Positions 18,878 to 28,036 of a stretch of 64,000 nt of DNA are shown here, piece after piece. Both the position numbers and the translations under genes were made by a program. The DNA comes from an uncultured Gemmatimonadaceae bacterium (GTDB lineage Bacteria > Latescibacterota > UBA2968 > UBA8231), in NCBI GenBank assembly GCA_964591015.1, contig CAZPXM010000001.1, positions 41,062 through 105,061 on the forward strand, written 5' to 3'. Each line of letters starts with the position of its first letter. The stretch's first letter is position 1. The notes beneath the pieces are model-generated. The model worked only from the letters and a program-made list of their open reading frames with translations, searched no databases and was not told the origin of the DNA.

Positions 18878-19933
18878 CTACTCGCCGGTCAACAGCCGGA
18901 TGTACTCGCGCGCGACGCGCAGGTCCTCCAGTGCCTCGGCCGCGCGCGTCAGCGGTTCGCGTTCGCCGCGCACGGCGGCCAGGAAGTTGATCGCCTGCTG
19001 GCGCATGGCGTGGACCCAGGGCAGCTGCGGGCTCCAGGTCTGCGGCTCGGCACCGTTACCCGGGTCCCGGAACACCTCCAGACGGCCCGGGCGGTTGCAG
19101 GCCAGCGGCGCCGGCAGTTCGAGCTTCACGTAGCCGCGCTCGAAGCACACCAGCGCCGACTCCTGCCAGTCGATCGTGGTCCGATAGGGGGACATCTCGA
19201 TCGCACACGGCACGCCGCTGGCGCTGGTCCCGGCCAGCAGCACTCCCGCGGAATCCGCGTAGGTGACCCGATAGGGCTCGCCCAGCAGGTGCCGCATCAG
19301 GTTGACCTGGTGGATGTAGTAGTTGACGAAGGCCGTGTAGCGCTGGAAGGTCGCGGGCGACAGGTCCGCCGCCGGTGGGTCCACCTCCAGGTTCGGCCGC
19401 GGTTCGTCCGTGCGGATGAGGTCGAAGAAGCCGTTGGCGACCCAGTCGCCCGCCGGCATCGCGATGCGCACGTACGTCATCCGCCCCAGCTCGCCGGTGT
19501 CCCGCAGCCGATCGATCTCCTGGCGGGCGCGCATGGTCGCCGGATCGCTGCGCTTGTGGTAGCCGAGCATGTGCCAGGTGCCGCTCTCCCGTTCGGCCCG
19601 CACGATCGCCTCCCCCACGGCGACGGAAGCGGCCAGGGGCTTCTCCGTGAGCAGCGGCACGCCGGCCGCGAGCAGCCGCGGCACGAGGATGCCGTGCCGG
19701 TTGAACGGCTGCGAGGCGACGATGGCGTCCAGCTTCTCGGCGGCCAGCATCTGCTCGAAACCCGCGTACACCCGCGGCACGCCGTGGCGTCGGGCCACGC
19801 GTTGGGCCTGTTCGGGCAGGAGTTCGGCGATCGCCACCACCTCGCAGTCGGGCAGGGTGGCGAAGTTCCGCAGATGGGCGCACTGTCCCATGTTGCCGGC
19901 GCCCACGAAGCCCACTCTGACTTTCTCGCTCAT
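18878..19933 (-). CDS. Gfo/Idh/MocA family oxidoreductase
   Basis: VGFVGAGNMG, LLTEKPLA, GYHKRSDP, YYIHQVN. Confidence 0.92.
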   Translation of the reverse strand: MSEKVRVGFVGAGNMGQCAHLRNFATLPDCEVVAIAELLPEQAQRVARRHGVPRVYAGFEQMLAAEKLDAIVASQPFNRHGILVPRLLAAGVPLLTEKPLAASVAVGEAIVRAERESGTWHMLGYHKRSDPATMRARQEIDRLRDTGELGRMTYVRIAMPAGDWVANGFFDLIRTDEPRPNLEVDPPAADLSPATFQRYTAFVNYYIHQVNLMRHLLGEPYRVTYADSAGVLLAGTSASGVPCAIEMSPYRTTIDWQESALVCFERGYVKLELPAPLACNRPGRLEVFRDPGNGAEPQTWSPQLPWVHAMRQQAINFLAAVRGEREPLTRAAEALEDLRVAREYIRLLTGE

Positions 19934-20043
19934 AGCCGTACGCTCTCCGCGCCAGAAACACCATCGAGAAGGCTGCCCCGGGCTGGCGGCCGCAGCCGAG
20001 GCCGGCGCCGCCGGGCGTGGCGTGGTCCGCGGCGCGCCGCTTC

Positions 20044-20072
20044 AGTATTGTCTGCCTCGCACGGCCGCGCAA
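20044..20072 (-). promoter_or_regulatory. Putative sigma70 promoter TTGCGC-N17-AATACT for the Gfo/URO-D/sulfotransferase genes
   Basis: Minus strand reads ttgcgc ggccgtgcgaggcagac aatact. Confidence 0.45.
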
Positions 20073-20253
20073 GCTGCCGCGGCGCGGACCCCGGACCCCG
20101 TGTCGCCGGCCAGCGCGGGCGCCGGTGCGGGCGGCGCGGCGGGGGGGAGTCCGGCCCTGCCGCCTGGCTCTGGCGCGGTGTCTTGATCGCGTCGCTGCCG
20201 GGTGCTTACTTGACAGCCTCGACCCGACCCATCCGCCGGCTGCGAGGACGCCG

Positions 20254-21402
20254 ATGCGCACCACGATGAGTTCCAAGGAACGCCTGCTGGCAGCGATGTC
20301 GCTGGAAGAGCCGGACCACGTGCCGCTGTGGTGCCTGTGGAGCCACGCCCGCGATCCCTTCAACCGCAAGGACCAGCGGCGGCGGCTGGAGGCCACGCTG
20401 CCGCTCGGCCTGGACGATACGCTCTGGCTGTACGGGCCCTGGCGGATCGCTCCGGAGGTACGGGTCAGCTCGTGGACCGAGGCGGTCCCCGGCCGGTCCT
20501 ACCGGATCATGCACAAGCTGTACGAGACGCCGGCGGGCAACCTGGAGCACGTGGTGCGCAGCAGCGAGTATCTGACGAGCCCGGATGAGATCCAGGTCCT
20601 CGGGGATCTGAACATGTCCCACGGGCTCAAGTCGCTGGTCACCGGGCCCCAGGACCTGGACGCGCTGCGCTACCTGCTGGGCGACCCCAGCCGGGAGCAG
20701 CTGCGCGAGTTCCGCGGCCGGGCGCGGGAGCTGCGCCTGCTGGCCGATCGGCGGCAGGTGCTGCTCGAGGGGGCGTACGTGAGCCTGGGCGACGCGGCGG
20801 CGTGGCTGGTGCGGCCGCAGGATCTGATCTACCTGGAGACGGATCAGCCGGGGTTCGTCGACGAGCTGCTGGAGGTGATCTGGTTCTGGCACATCAAACA
20901 GATCGGCCTGCTGATCGACGCGGGCGTGGACGTCATCCTGCACCGCGCCTGGTACGAGATGCCCGATTTCTGGGGCGTGGCGGGCTACCGGCGCTTCCTC
21001 GCGCCGCTGGTGAAGGAAGAGGCGGCGATCGTGCAGCAGGCCGGCCGGCGCTTCTCCTACATCATGACCACTGGCATCATGCAGCTGCTGGACGACTTCC
21101 TGGACATCGACATGGATCTGCTCTGGGGCGTCGATCCGGTGCAGGGCGGTGCGGACCTGGAGCGCGTCGCGGCTCGCCTCAAGGGCCGCATCGCCGTGCT
21201 GGGCGGGATGAACGGGAACCTGACCATGACCGAGGGAACGCCCCAGGACGTGGCAGCGGCGGTGGAGCGGGCCATCCAGGTGCTCGGTCCCGGGGGCGGC
21301 TTCATCCTCTCGCCGGTGGACAAGATCGAGGCCTGGACGCCGTGGGAGAATGTGGAGGCGCTGCTGGCGCGCTGGCGCGCACTGGCCGACTGCGCGGGCT
21401 AG
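20254..21402 (+). CDS. URO-D / methyltransferase-fold family protein
   Basis: MSSKERLLAAMSLEEPDHVP, LWGVDPVQG, GGMNG, LGPGGGFILSP, TPWENV. Confidence 0.85.
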   Translation: MRTTMSSKERLLAAMSLEEPDHVPLWCLWSHARDPFNRKDQRRRLEATLPLGLDDTLWLYGPWRIAPEVRVSSWTEAVPGRSYRIMHKLYETPAGNLEHVVRSSEYLTSPDEIQVLGDLNMSHGLKSLVTGPQDLDALRYLLGDPSREQLREFRGRARELRLLADRRQVLLEGAYVSLGDAAAWLVRPQDLIYLETDQPGFVDELLEVIWFWHIKQIGLLIDAGVDVILHRAWYEMPDFWGVAGYRRFLAPLVKEEAAIVQQAGRRFSYIMTTGIMQLLDDFLDIDMDLLWGVDPVQGGADLERVAARLKGRIAVLGGMNGNLTMTEGTPQDVAAAVERAIQVLGPGGGFILSPVDKIEAWTPWENVEALLARWRALADCAG

Positions 21403-21499
21403 TGTCACCCGGCGCCGCGACGCCCTGGCTGGGGCCTGGCGGCCGCGGCGGCGCCCCGTGTCGGCGCGGCCGGGTGCCGCTGTGGACAGGAGGAGCTGC

Positions 21500-22561
21500 G
21501 TGATCGCGTCACCTCGACCGCTGGCACGCCGCCAGTTCGCCAGCGACAACTATGCGGGCATCTGCCCCGAAGCGTGGCAGGCCATGGGCGCGGCCAATCA
21601 CGGGCACGCGCCCGCGTACGGAGAGGACGAGTGGACGGAGGCCGCCTGCGATCTGATCCGCCAGACCTTCGCGTGCGACTGCGAGGTGTTCTTCGTGTTC
21701 AACGGCACAGCAGCCAACTCGCTGGCGCTGGCGGCTCTGTGCCAGTCGTACCACAGCATCATCTGTCACCAGACCGCTCATATCGAGACGGACGAGTGCG
21801 GCGCGCCGGAGTTCTTCTCGAACGGCACCAAGATCCTGCTGGCCTCCGGGGACGACGGCAAGATCGAGCCGGATAGCGTCGCCGAGCTGGTGCACCGCCG
21901 CAGCGACATCCACTACCCGAAGCCGCGCGTGCTGAGCCTCACGCAGGCCACCGAACTGGGCACGGTGTACACGCTCGCCGAGCTGGCGCGGCTGGCGGCA
22001 GTCGCCCGCGCCTGCGGCCTGCGCATCCACATGGACGGCGCGCGGCTGGCCAACGCGGTGGTGGCGCTGGGCGCCACTCCCGCCGAGCTGGTGCGGCAGG
22101 CGGACGTGGATGTGCTCTGCCTGGGGGGCGTCAAGGGCGGGCTCGCGGTCGGCGAGGCGGTGGTCTTCCTCGACCGCGCCCTGGCGCACGAGTTCGAATA
22201 CCGCTGCAAGCAGGCGGGGCAGCTGGCGTCCAAGGCGCGGTTCCTGGCCGCGCCGTGGCTGGGCGTACTGCGGGACGGCGCCTGGCTGCGGCACGCGGCG
22301 CACGCCAACGCCTGCGCGCGGCGGCTGGAGCAGGGACTGCGCCAGGTGCCGGGCGTGCAGGTGATGTTCCCCTGCGACGCCAACTCCGTGTTCGTGCGGC
22401 TGCCCGCCGAGGCGTCGGCGGCCCTGCAGGGGCGCGGGTGGCGCTTCTACTCGTTCATCGGCGTCGGCGGCGCGCGGCTGATGTGTTCGTGGGACACGCA
22501 GCCCGAGGACATCGACGCGTTCGTCGCGGACGTGGCCGCATGCATGGCCGGCGCGGCCTGA
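21500..22561 (+). CDS. ltaE: Low-specificity L-threonine aldolase (PLP-dependent)
   Basis: FASDNYAG, AYGEDEWT, FNGTAANS, HIETDECGAPEF, HMDGARLANA, KQAGQLASKARF; GTG after AGGAGG. Confidence 0.92.
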   Translation: MIASPRPLARRQFASDNYAGICPEAWQAMGAANHGHAPAYGEDEWTEAACDLIRQTFACDCEVFFVFNGTAANSLALAALCQSYHSIICHQTAHIETDECGAPEFFSNGTKILLASGDDGKIEPDSVAELVHRRSDIHYPKPRVLSLTQATELGTVYTLAELARLAAVARACGLRIHMDGARLANAVVALGATPAELVRQADVDVLCLGGVKGGLAVGEAVVFLDRALAHEFEYRCKQAGQLASKARFLAAPWLGVLRDGAWLRHAAHANACARRLEQGLRQVPGVQVMFPCDANSVFVRLPAEASAALQGRGWRFYSFIGVGGARLMCSWDTQPEDIDAFVADVAACMAGAA

Positions 22562-22637
22562 GCAGCCTGGCGCGGCGTCCCGCAGGGGGCTGCGGGCGCG
22601 GCGGGGCGGCGGGCGCCGACGGCAAAGGAGGCGGACG

Positions 22638-23681
22638 ATGGTCGGCAGGCTGAAGCACTGGACGTGGGTGACGATGGATCTGGACACCACGGACGAGGAG
22701 TGGCGGCGGCAGTTCGCGCGCTGGCGCGCCGCCGGCATCGACGCCATCCTGCCCGAAGTCGTCAGCAACAGCGCCGCCGCCTATGGCAGCGCGCATCTGC
22801 CGGTGCGCGGGCCCTGGCTCGAGCGCCTGCTGCCGCTGGCCGCCGCGGCGGGCCTGGAGGTGCATGCCTGGATACACATCATGCCGTGCAACATCCCCGA
22901 GGTCTACCGCGAGCACCCCGAGTGGTACGCGGTGAACCGGCTGGGCGAGTCCACGGCGGACCGCCCGCCCTACGTGAGCTACTATCGCTTCCTCTGCCCG
23001 TCGCGAGCGGAGGTCCAGGAGTTCGTGGCGCGGCGCGTGCGCGAGCTGGCGGCCTACGACGGGCTCGCGGGCATCCACCTGGACTACATCCGCTTTCCGG
23101 ACGTGATCCTGGCGGAAGGACTGCAGCCCCGCTACAACCTGGTGCAGGATCGGGAGTACCCGCAGTTCGACTACTGCTACTGCGAGGTGTGCCGCCGCCT
23201 GTTCCGGGCTGCCGGCGGGCAGGATCCGCTGGAGATGGCGGATCCCACCGTGGACCCCGCCTGGCGGCAGTTCCGCTACGACCGCATCAGCAACCTGGTC
23301 GTCCAGGTCCTGGCCCCGATCGCCCGGGCGGCGGGCAAGCAGCTGACGGCGGCGGTGTTCCCCAACTGGGAGCACGTGCGCCAGGAATGGCATACATGGG
23401 GCCTGGAGGCCGCGTTCCCCATGCTCTACCACAGCTTCTACAACGCGGACCTCGAGTGGATCGGGGCGCGTTGTCGCGAGGAGGTCGACCGTCTGCCAGC
23501 CGGGGTGCCGCTCTACAGCGGGCTGTTCGTGCCGGCACTGAAGCGCGAGGAGATCGGGCCGGCGGTGCGCGTCTCGGTCGCCAACGGCGCGCGGGGCGTC
23601 TCGCTGTTCGCGGCGCGCTCGCTGCGCGACGAGCACTGGAGCGAGTTCGCCGGCGTGGTCCGCGGCCTGGAGGGTGCGTGA
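22638..23681 (+). CDS. GHL10 / DUF187 family glycoside-hydrolase-like protein
   Basis: LEVHAWI, HPEWYAVNR, FLCPS..EVQEF, GIHLDYIRFPD, PMLYH. Confidence 0.82.
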   Translation: MVGRLKHWTWVTMDLDTTDEEWRRQFARWRAAGIDAILPEVVSNSAAAYGSAHLPVRGPWLERLLPLAAAAGLEVHAWIHIMPCNIPEVYREHPEWYAVNRLGESTADRPPYVSYYRFLCPSRAEVQEFVARRVRELAAYDGLAGIHLDYIRFPDVILAEGLQPRYNLVQDREYPQFDYCYCEVCRRLFRAAGGQDPLEMADPTVDPAWRQFRYDRISNLVVQVLAPIARAAGKQLTAAVFPNWEHVRQEWHTWGLEAAFPMLYHSFYNADLEWIGARCREEVDRLPAGVPLYSGLFVPALKREEIGPAVRVSVANGARGVSLFAARSLRDEHWSEFAGVVRGLEGA

Positions 23682-24637
23682 TGGTGCGCCTCGGCGTGCT
23701 GGGGGCCGGCAGCCACTCGAGCAGCAACCACGGACCGGCGCTGCAGCGATGTCGCGACGAGCAGCCGGAGCGGATCGAGCTGGCGGCGGTCTGCGACCTG
23801 GACGTCGAGCGAGCCCGCCGGTACGCCGCGCGCTTCGGCTTCGCGCGGGCCTACGTCGACCTGGAGCGGATGGTGGCCGCCGAACGGCTGGACGGCCTCG
23901 TCGCCGTGACGCCGGTCGAGGCCACGGCCGAGCTGGCGGCACGGATCGCCCGTCTCGGCGTGCCGCTGGCGATCGAGAAGCCGCCGGCGCGCACGCCGCT
24001 GGCCGTCCGCCGGCTGCGCGACGAGCTGCTTTCCACGGGCACGCCCCACATGGTCTCGCTGAACCGCCGTTTCAGCCCGGCGCTGCAGCGCGCGCGGGAA
24101 TGGCTGGCGGGACGACAGCCGCCGGCAGTCGCCCTGTCGAGGATGCTGCGCCACGACCGGCGCGAGGCAGGTTTCCCGTACGATACCGGCATCCACGCCG
24201 TGGATGCCGTGGTGTGTTTCCTGGGGGAGCCTGTGCAGGTGCGCGCCACGCGCCGGCCAGTGGGTGCGCAGGGTACCGAGCTGGTGGTGGCGCAGGCCGG
24301 ATTCGCTGGCGGGGGGACGGCGCTGTTCTGCATGGCGCCTGCCGCGGGGGCGGTCGAGGAGACACTGGAGCTCGTCGGCGACGAGTACGATATCCAGATC
24401 GATCTGTGGCAGTGTGCCGTGCGCATCCGCCAGGCGGATCAGCCGGTGCTGGCCTGGCAGGCGGCACCCGGCACGCCCCCGTGGGAGAGCAACGGGACGC
24501 TGGCGGAGACGCGCGCCTTCGTGCACGCCGTGGAGACGGGCGCGGGCTGGTGGCCGGACCTGGGCGAGGCTGCCTGGTCGAGCGGTCTGGCGCACGGCAT
24601 CTGCGCCGGTCTGGACGGAACCCTGCCGGTGCCATGA
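23681..24637 (+). CDS. Gfo/Idh/MocA family oxidoreductase
   Basis: LGVLGAG, AVCDLD, AIEKPP, VSLNRRFSP, TGIHAVD; its ATG overlaps the upstream TGA. Confidence 0.88.
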   Translation: MVRLGVLGAGSHSSSNHGPALQRCRDEQPERIELAAVCDLDVERARRYAARFGFARAYVDLERMVAAERLDGLVAVTPVEATAELAARIARLGVPLAIEKPPARTPLAVRRLRDELLSTGTPHMVSLNRRFSPALQRAREWLAGRQPPAVALSRMLRHDRREAGFPYDTGIHAVDAVVCFLGEPVQVRATRRPVGAQGTELVVAQAGFAGGGTALFCMAPAAGAVEETLELVGDEYDIQIDLWQCAVRIRQADQPVLAWQAAPGTPPWESNGTLAETRAFVHAVETGAGWWPDLGEAAWSSGLAHGICAGLDGTLPVP

Positions 24638-24673
24638 TGGACGGTCGGGACCGGCGGCCCGAGAGCGGCCAAG

Positions 24674-25864
24674 ATGGGCGCTGATGCCTACCTGTGCGAC
24701 CTGGCCGCGCAGCTGGCGGCGGTGGCATCCTCGGCGGAGCACGCGCGGCGGCGCCGGCTGTGGGACGAGGTCCTGGCGCTGCGGGGGCGGCGGGCTCCGG
24801 TCAATTTCTACCTCTACGAGTGGGTCTGGGCGCGCGAGCTGGGCGCCGACCTGCTGCGGTACGAGCGGGGCCTGGAGGCGCAGCTGGAACGCACCCTCCG
24901 GTTCCAGTTGTGGCGTGCGGAGCACCTGCCCGACGACTGGCCGGCGCATCCCTCGGTGGTCGTGCACCCGGTGCGGCCGCGGCGCTCGCGTCCCTTCCCG
25001 TGGGGCGTGGAGCTGGAGTTGCGCGTGCCGGCCGGCGCCGGGGCCTACAAGCCCGTGCCGGCGCTCCGCGACCCGGCGGATCTGGAGCGCCTCGTTCTCC
25101 CCGAGTACGCCGAGGACGCCGCCGCCACCGACGCGCTGGTCGAGCGCGCGCGCGAGCTGACGGGCGGGGCCGTCGCGATCCGCCTGCACAGCGACGAGCT
25201 GCACTGGGGCCCGTTCGAACACGCGGTGCGTCTGCGCGGCATGGATCAGCTGCTGGTGGACGTGTACGACCGGCCGGAGTTCGTGCACCGGCTGATGGGC
25301 CGCCTGACGGACGGGATGGTCGCCTACCATCGACAGCGAGAGGCCGCCGGCCGTGTCTGTGCCGGCCTCGGGATCGGCCACGTGCCGTCGCGCGACGTGC
25401 CTCCGCCGCTGCACGACCGCCTGGCCGGTTGCTGGGGCTACCTGCACGCGCAGTCGGCCGCCTCCTACTCGCCGGCGATGTACGCCGAATTCGTCCAGCC
25501 CTACAATCGGCGCCTCGCCGAGCTGGTGGGGCAGGTCTACTACCACGGCTGCGAGGACCTGTCGCGCAAGTGCGCGATCATCGCCGAGCTGCCCCATCTG
25601 CGGCTGTTCCACCTCTCGCCCTGGACGCCGCCCGAACCGGTGGTGCGGCAACTGGGCGCGCGCGTCGCGTACGAGGTGCACGCGCACCCCACGACGGTGA
25701 TCTTCGGCGACGACCGGGCGGCCATCCGCCAGGAGCTGGCGCGGCTGCATCCGGCGGTGCAGGGAGTGCCGCACGTGTGGGCGCTGGCGGACGTGGAGAC
25801 CTTCGCCGGCAGGTTCGAGCGGACCGTGTACTGGGCGCACGTCGCGCGCGAGCTGAGCGAGTGA
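24674..25864 (+). CDS. Divergent URO-D-like TIM-barrel protein
   Basis: LRGMDQLLVDVYDRPEFVHRLM, YSPAMYAEFVQPY, YYHGCEDL, HLSPWT. Confidence 0.7.
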   Translation: MGADAYLCDLAAQLAAVASSAEHARRRRLWDEVLALRGRRAPVNFYLYEWVWARELGADLLRYERGLEAQLERTLRFQLWRAEHLPDDWPAHPSVVVHPVRPRRSRPFPWGVELELRVPAGAGAYKPVPALRDPADLERLVLPEYAEDAAATDALVERARELTGGAVAIRLHSDELHWGPFEHAVRLRGMDQLLVDVYDRPEFVHRLMGRLTDGMVAYHRQREAAGRVCAGLGIGHVPSRDVPPPLHDRLAGCWGYLHAQSAASYSPAMYAEFVQPYNRRLAELVGQVYYHGCEDLSRKCAIIAELPHLRLFHLSPWTPPEPVVRQLGARVAYEVHAHPTTVIFGDDRAAIRQELARLHPAVQGVPHVWALADVETFAGRFERTVYWAHVARELSE

Positions 25865-25982
25865 GGGCCGGCGCGGGCGGCGGCAGGAGGCCGCTGGCCG
25901 CACCGGCTGCCGGTGGGCCGGGCCCGCGGCCCCGGGGAGCGCACCGGCAGCGGCCGGCGCGGGCCCGAACCCGCGGGACCTC

Positions 25983-26957
25983 CTACGCGCTCCGCCAGTC
26001 GGTCAGCGCGTCCAGGTGGGCCTTCTCGGCGGGCGCCAGCCGGAATCCCGCGGCCTCGACCGATTCGCGCAACTGCTCCCAGTCGCGCGCGCCGACGATG
26101 GGCGCGGTGATCAGCGGATCGCTGAGCAGCCAGCCCAGCGCGACCTGGGCCAGCGACTTGCCGTGCGCCTTGCCGATCGTCTCCATCTCGTCCAGCAGGT
26201 GGAAGTTCCGGGCGGTGAAGTAGGTCTGCATGCGCGGGTCGATCGTCCCCCGACTCTCTGCCGGCGCCCGGTCGCGGCCGCGGTGCTTGCCCGTCAGAAA
26301 GCCCATGGCCTGCGGGCTGTAGGGGATCACCCCCAGGCCGTACTCGCGCGCGACCGCCGCCTCGCCCTCCTCGAACTCCCGCCGGTCGATCAGGTTGTAG
26401 TAGGGCTGCACGCATGCGTACCGGGCCCAGTCGTGCTTGTCGCTGGTCCACAGCGCCTGACACAGGCGCCAGGCGCTGTAGTTCGAGCAGCCCAGGTAGC
26501 GCACCTTGCCCTGGCGCACCAGGTCGTCGAAGGCGCGCAGAGTCTCGTCGATGGGCGTGCGCGGATCCATCGCGTGCGCCTGGTACAGGTCGATGAAGTC
26601 GGTCTGCAGGCGCCGCAGGCTGTTCTCCGCGGCGTCCATGATGTGCCGGCGGCTCAGGCCGCGGTCGTAGGGAAGGGGGCCGACCGGGCTGCACACCTTG
26701 GTCGCCAGGACGATCTGGTGGCGCTTGCCCGTGGCGCGCAGCCAGGTGCCGATGATCTCCTCGGAGCGACCGGCGTAGCTGCCCTTGGCCCAGGCCGAGT
26801 AGTAGTCGGCGGTGTCGACGAAGCTGCCGCCCGCGTCGGTGAAGCCGTCGAGCATCCGGTGCGCTTCCCGTTCGTCCGTGTGCCAGCCGAAGGTGGCGGT
26901 GCCGAAGCAGATCTCCGACACCGTCAGGCCAGTGGATCCGAGACGGCGGTATTCCAT
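25983..26957 (-). CDS. Aldo/keto reductase
   Basis: MEYRRLGSTGLTVSEICFGT, FVDTADYY, GRSEEIIG, LATKV, SLRRLQTDFIDLYQAH, GKVRYLGCSNY. Confidence 0.95.
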   Translation of the reverse strand: MEYRRLGSTGLTVSEICFGTATFGWHTDEREAHRMLDGFTDAGGSFVDTADYYSAWAKGSYAGRSEEIIGTWLRATGKRHQIVLATKVCSPVGPLPYDRGLSRRHIMDAAENSLRRLQTDFIDLYQAHAMDPRTPIDETLRAFDDLVRQGKVRYLGCSNYSAWRLCQALWTSDKHDWARYACVQPYYNLIDRREFEEGEAAVAREYGLGVIPYSPQAMGFLTGKHRGRDRAPAESRGTIDPRMQTYFTARNFHLLDEMETIGKAHGKSLAQVALGWLLSDPLITAPIVGARDWEQLRESVEAAGFRLAPAEKAHLDALTDWRSA

Positions 26958-27022
26958 CTTCTTCCTTTCTACCAGCGCCGGGCCGCGCGCGCCGCCGGGT
27001 GCGGCGCCGGCGAGCACGATCG

Positions 27023-27060
27023 GCAGCAGGGCGCCCGGAAAGCCGCTGGCGCCCTGCTGC
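27023..27060. repeat. Perfect 13-bp inverted repeat in the AKR 5' leader
   Basis: GCAGCAGGGCGCC (27023-27035) / GGCGCCCTGCTGC (27048-27060). Confidence 0.75.
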
Positions 27061-27102
27061 GGCTCCTTGCAGAGGTCGCCTTTCCAGGCTAATGTTCGGC
27101 CT

Positions 27103-27130
27103 AATTTACCCGGGTCGGGCCGCCCGGCAA
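27103..27130 (-). promoter_or_regulatory. Putative sigma70 promoter TTGCCG-N16-TAAATT for the AKR gene
   Basis: Minus strand reads ttgccg ggcggcccgacccggg taaatt. Confidence 0.4.
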
Positions 27131-27143
27131 GCGGCCGCGAGAG

Positions 27144-27983
27144 GTGGGGATGAGGGGAGTGGAGCTGCACCGCTGTCCGGGCTCGCCACTGGTCGTGTCG
27201 GTCCCTCACACGGGCACCTGGGTGCCGGCGGCGGTGGCGGCGCGCCTGGCTGTGCCGGTGGCGGTGGTGCAGCAGCGCGTGGACGCTTTCGCCTGGGATG
27301 TGGCCTGCACGGCCATCCCCCACGCAACGGTCGTGCGCGCGGTGTGCGCCCGTGCCGTGGTGGACCCGAACCGTTCGGGCACCGTCACCGCCGTCGATCT
27401 GCACAGCGATCCGGATGCCGATGGCGAACGGCTGGTGCGGCTGTACGGCCGCCAGGGCGAGTCGCTGTGGCGGGCGCGGCCCGGCGTGCCCGCGGTGAGC
27501 GCCCAGGAGCTGGCGCGCCGGGTGCGACTCTACCATGAGCCCTACCATCGCGCCCTCGAGGCAGCGCTGGCGCAAGCTCCCCGCCCCTGCCTGCTGGTGG
27601 ACGTGCACTCGATGGACGAGAGCGCCTTCGACCTGGTGATCGGCGACCATCGGGGACGCAGCGCCGGAGTCCAGTTCTGCGAGCGCGTGGTGCGGCGGTT
27701 CTTCGCCGAACGGGGCTACCGGGTGGGATACGCCGGCCCCCGGTCCGTGGATCGGCGCGGCCGGCCGCTGTCGCCGGTGGCGGTGCGGCATTCCGGCGGC
27801 TTCATCGCCAGTCGGTACGGAGACCCGGCGGGCGGCTGTCTGGCCGTCCAGCTCGAAGTCAGCCGCGCCACGGCCGAGCGCCGGTTGGCGGCAGTGCGGG
27901 CCGACTTCGGCGCCTTCTTCGCCTTCGCGAGCTCGTGGCTGAGGCAGCAGGCCGCTGCTGCGGCAGGCGCAGCGGCGCCGTGA
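27144..27983 (+). CDS. N-formylglutamate amidohydrolase family protein
   Basis: LVVSVPHTG, RAVVDPNR, YHEPYHRAL, LVDVHSM, LVIGD, AVQLEVSR; start uncertain (27144-27159). Confidence 0.82.
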   Translation: MGMRGVELHRCPGSPLVVSVPHTGTWVPAAVAARLAVPVAVVQQRVDAFAWDVACTAIPHATVVRAVCARAVVDPNRSGTVTAVDLHSDPDADGERLVRLYGRQGESLWRARPGVPAVSAQELARRVRLYHEPYHRALEAALAQAPRPCLLVDVHSMDESAFDLVIGDHRGRSAGVQFCERVVRRFFAERGYRVGYAGPRSVDRRGRPLSPVAVRHSGGFIASRYGDPAGGCLAVQLEVSRATAERRLAAVRADFGAFFAFASSWLRQQAAAAAGAAAP

Positions 27984-28036
27984 GCTGAGCGCCGGCACCG
28001 GCGCCGACCATAGTGCGAACCGGGAGAGAACGACAG

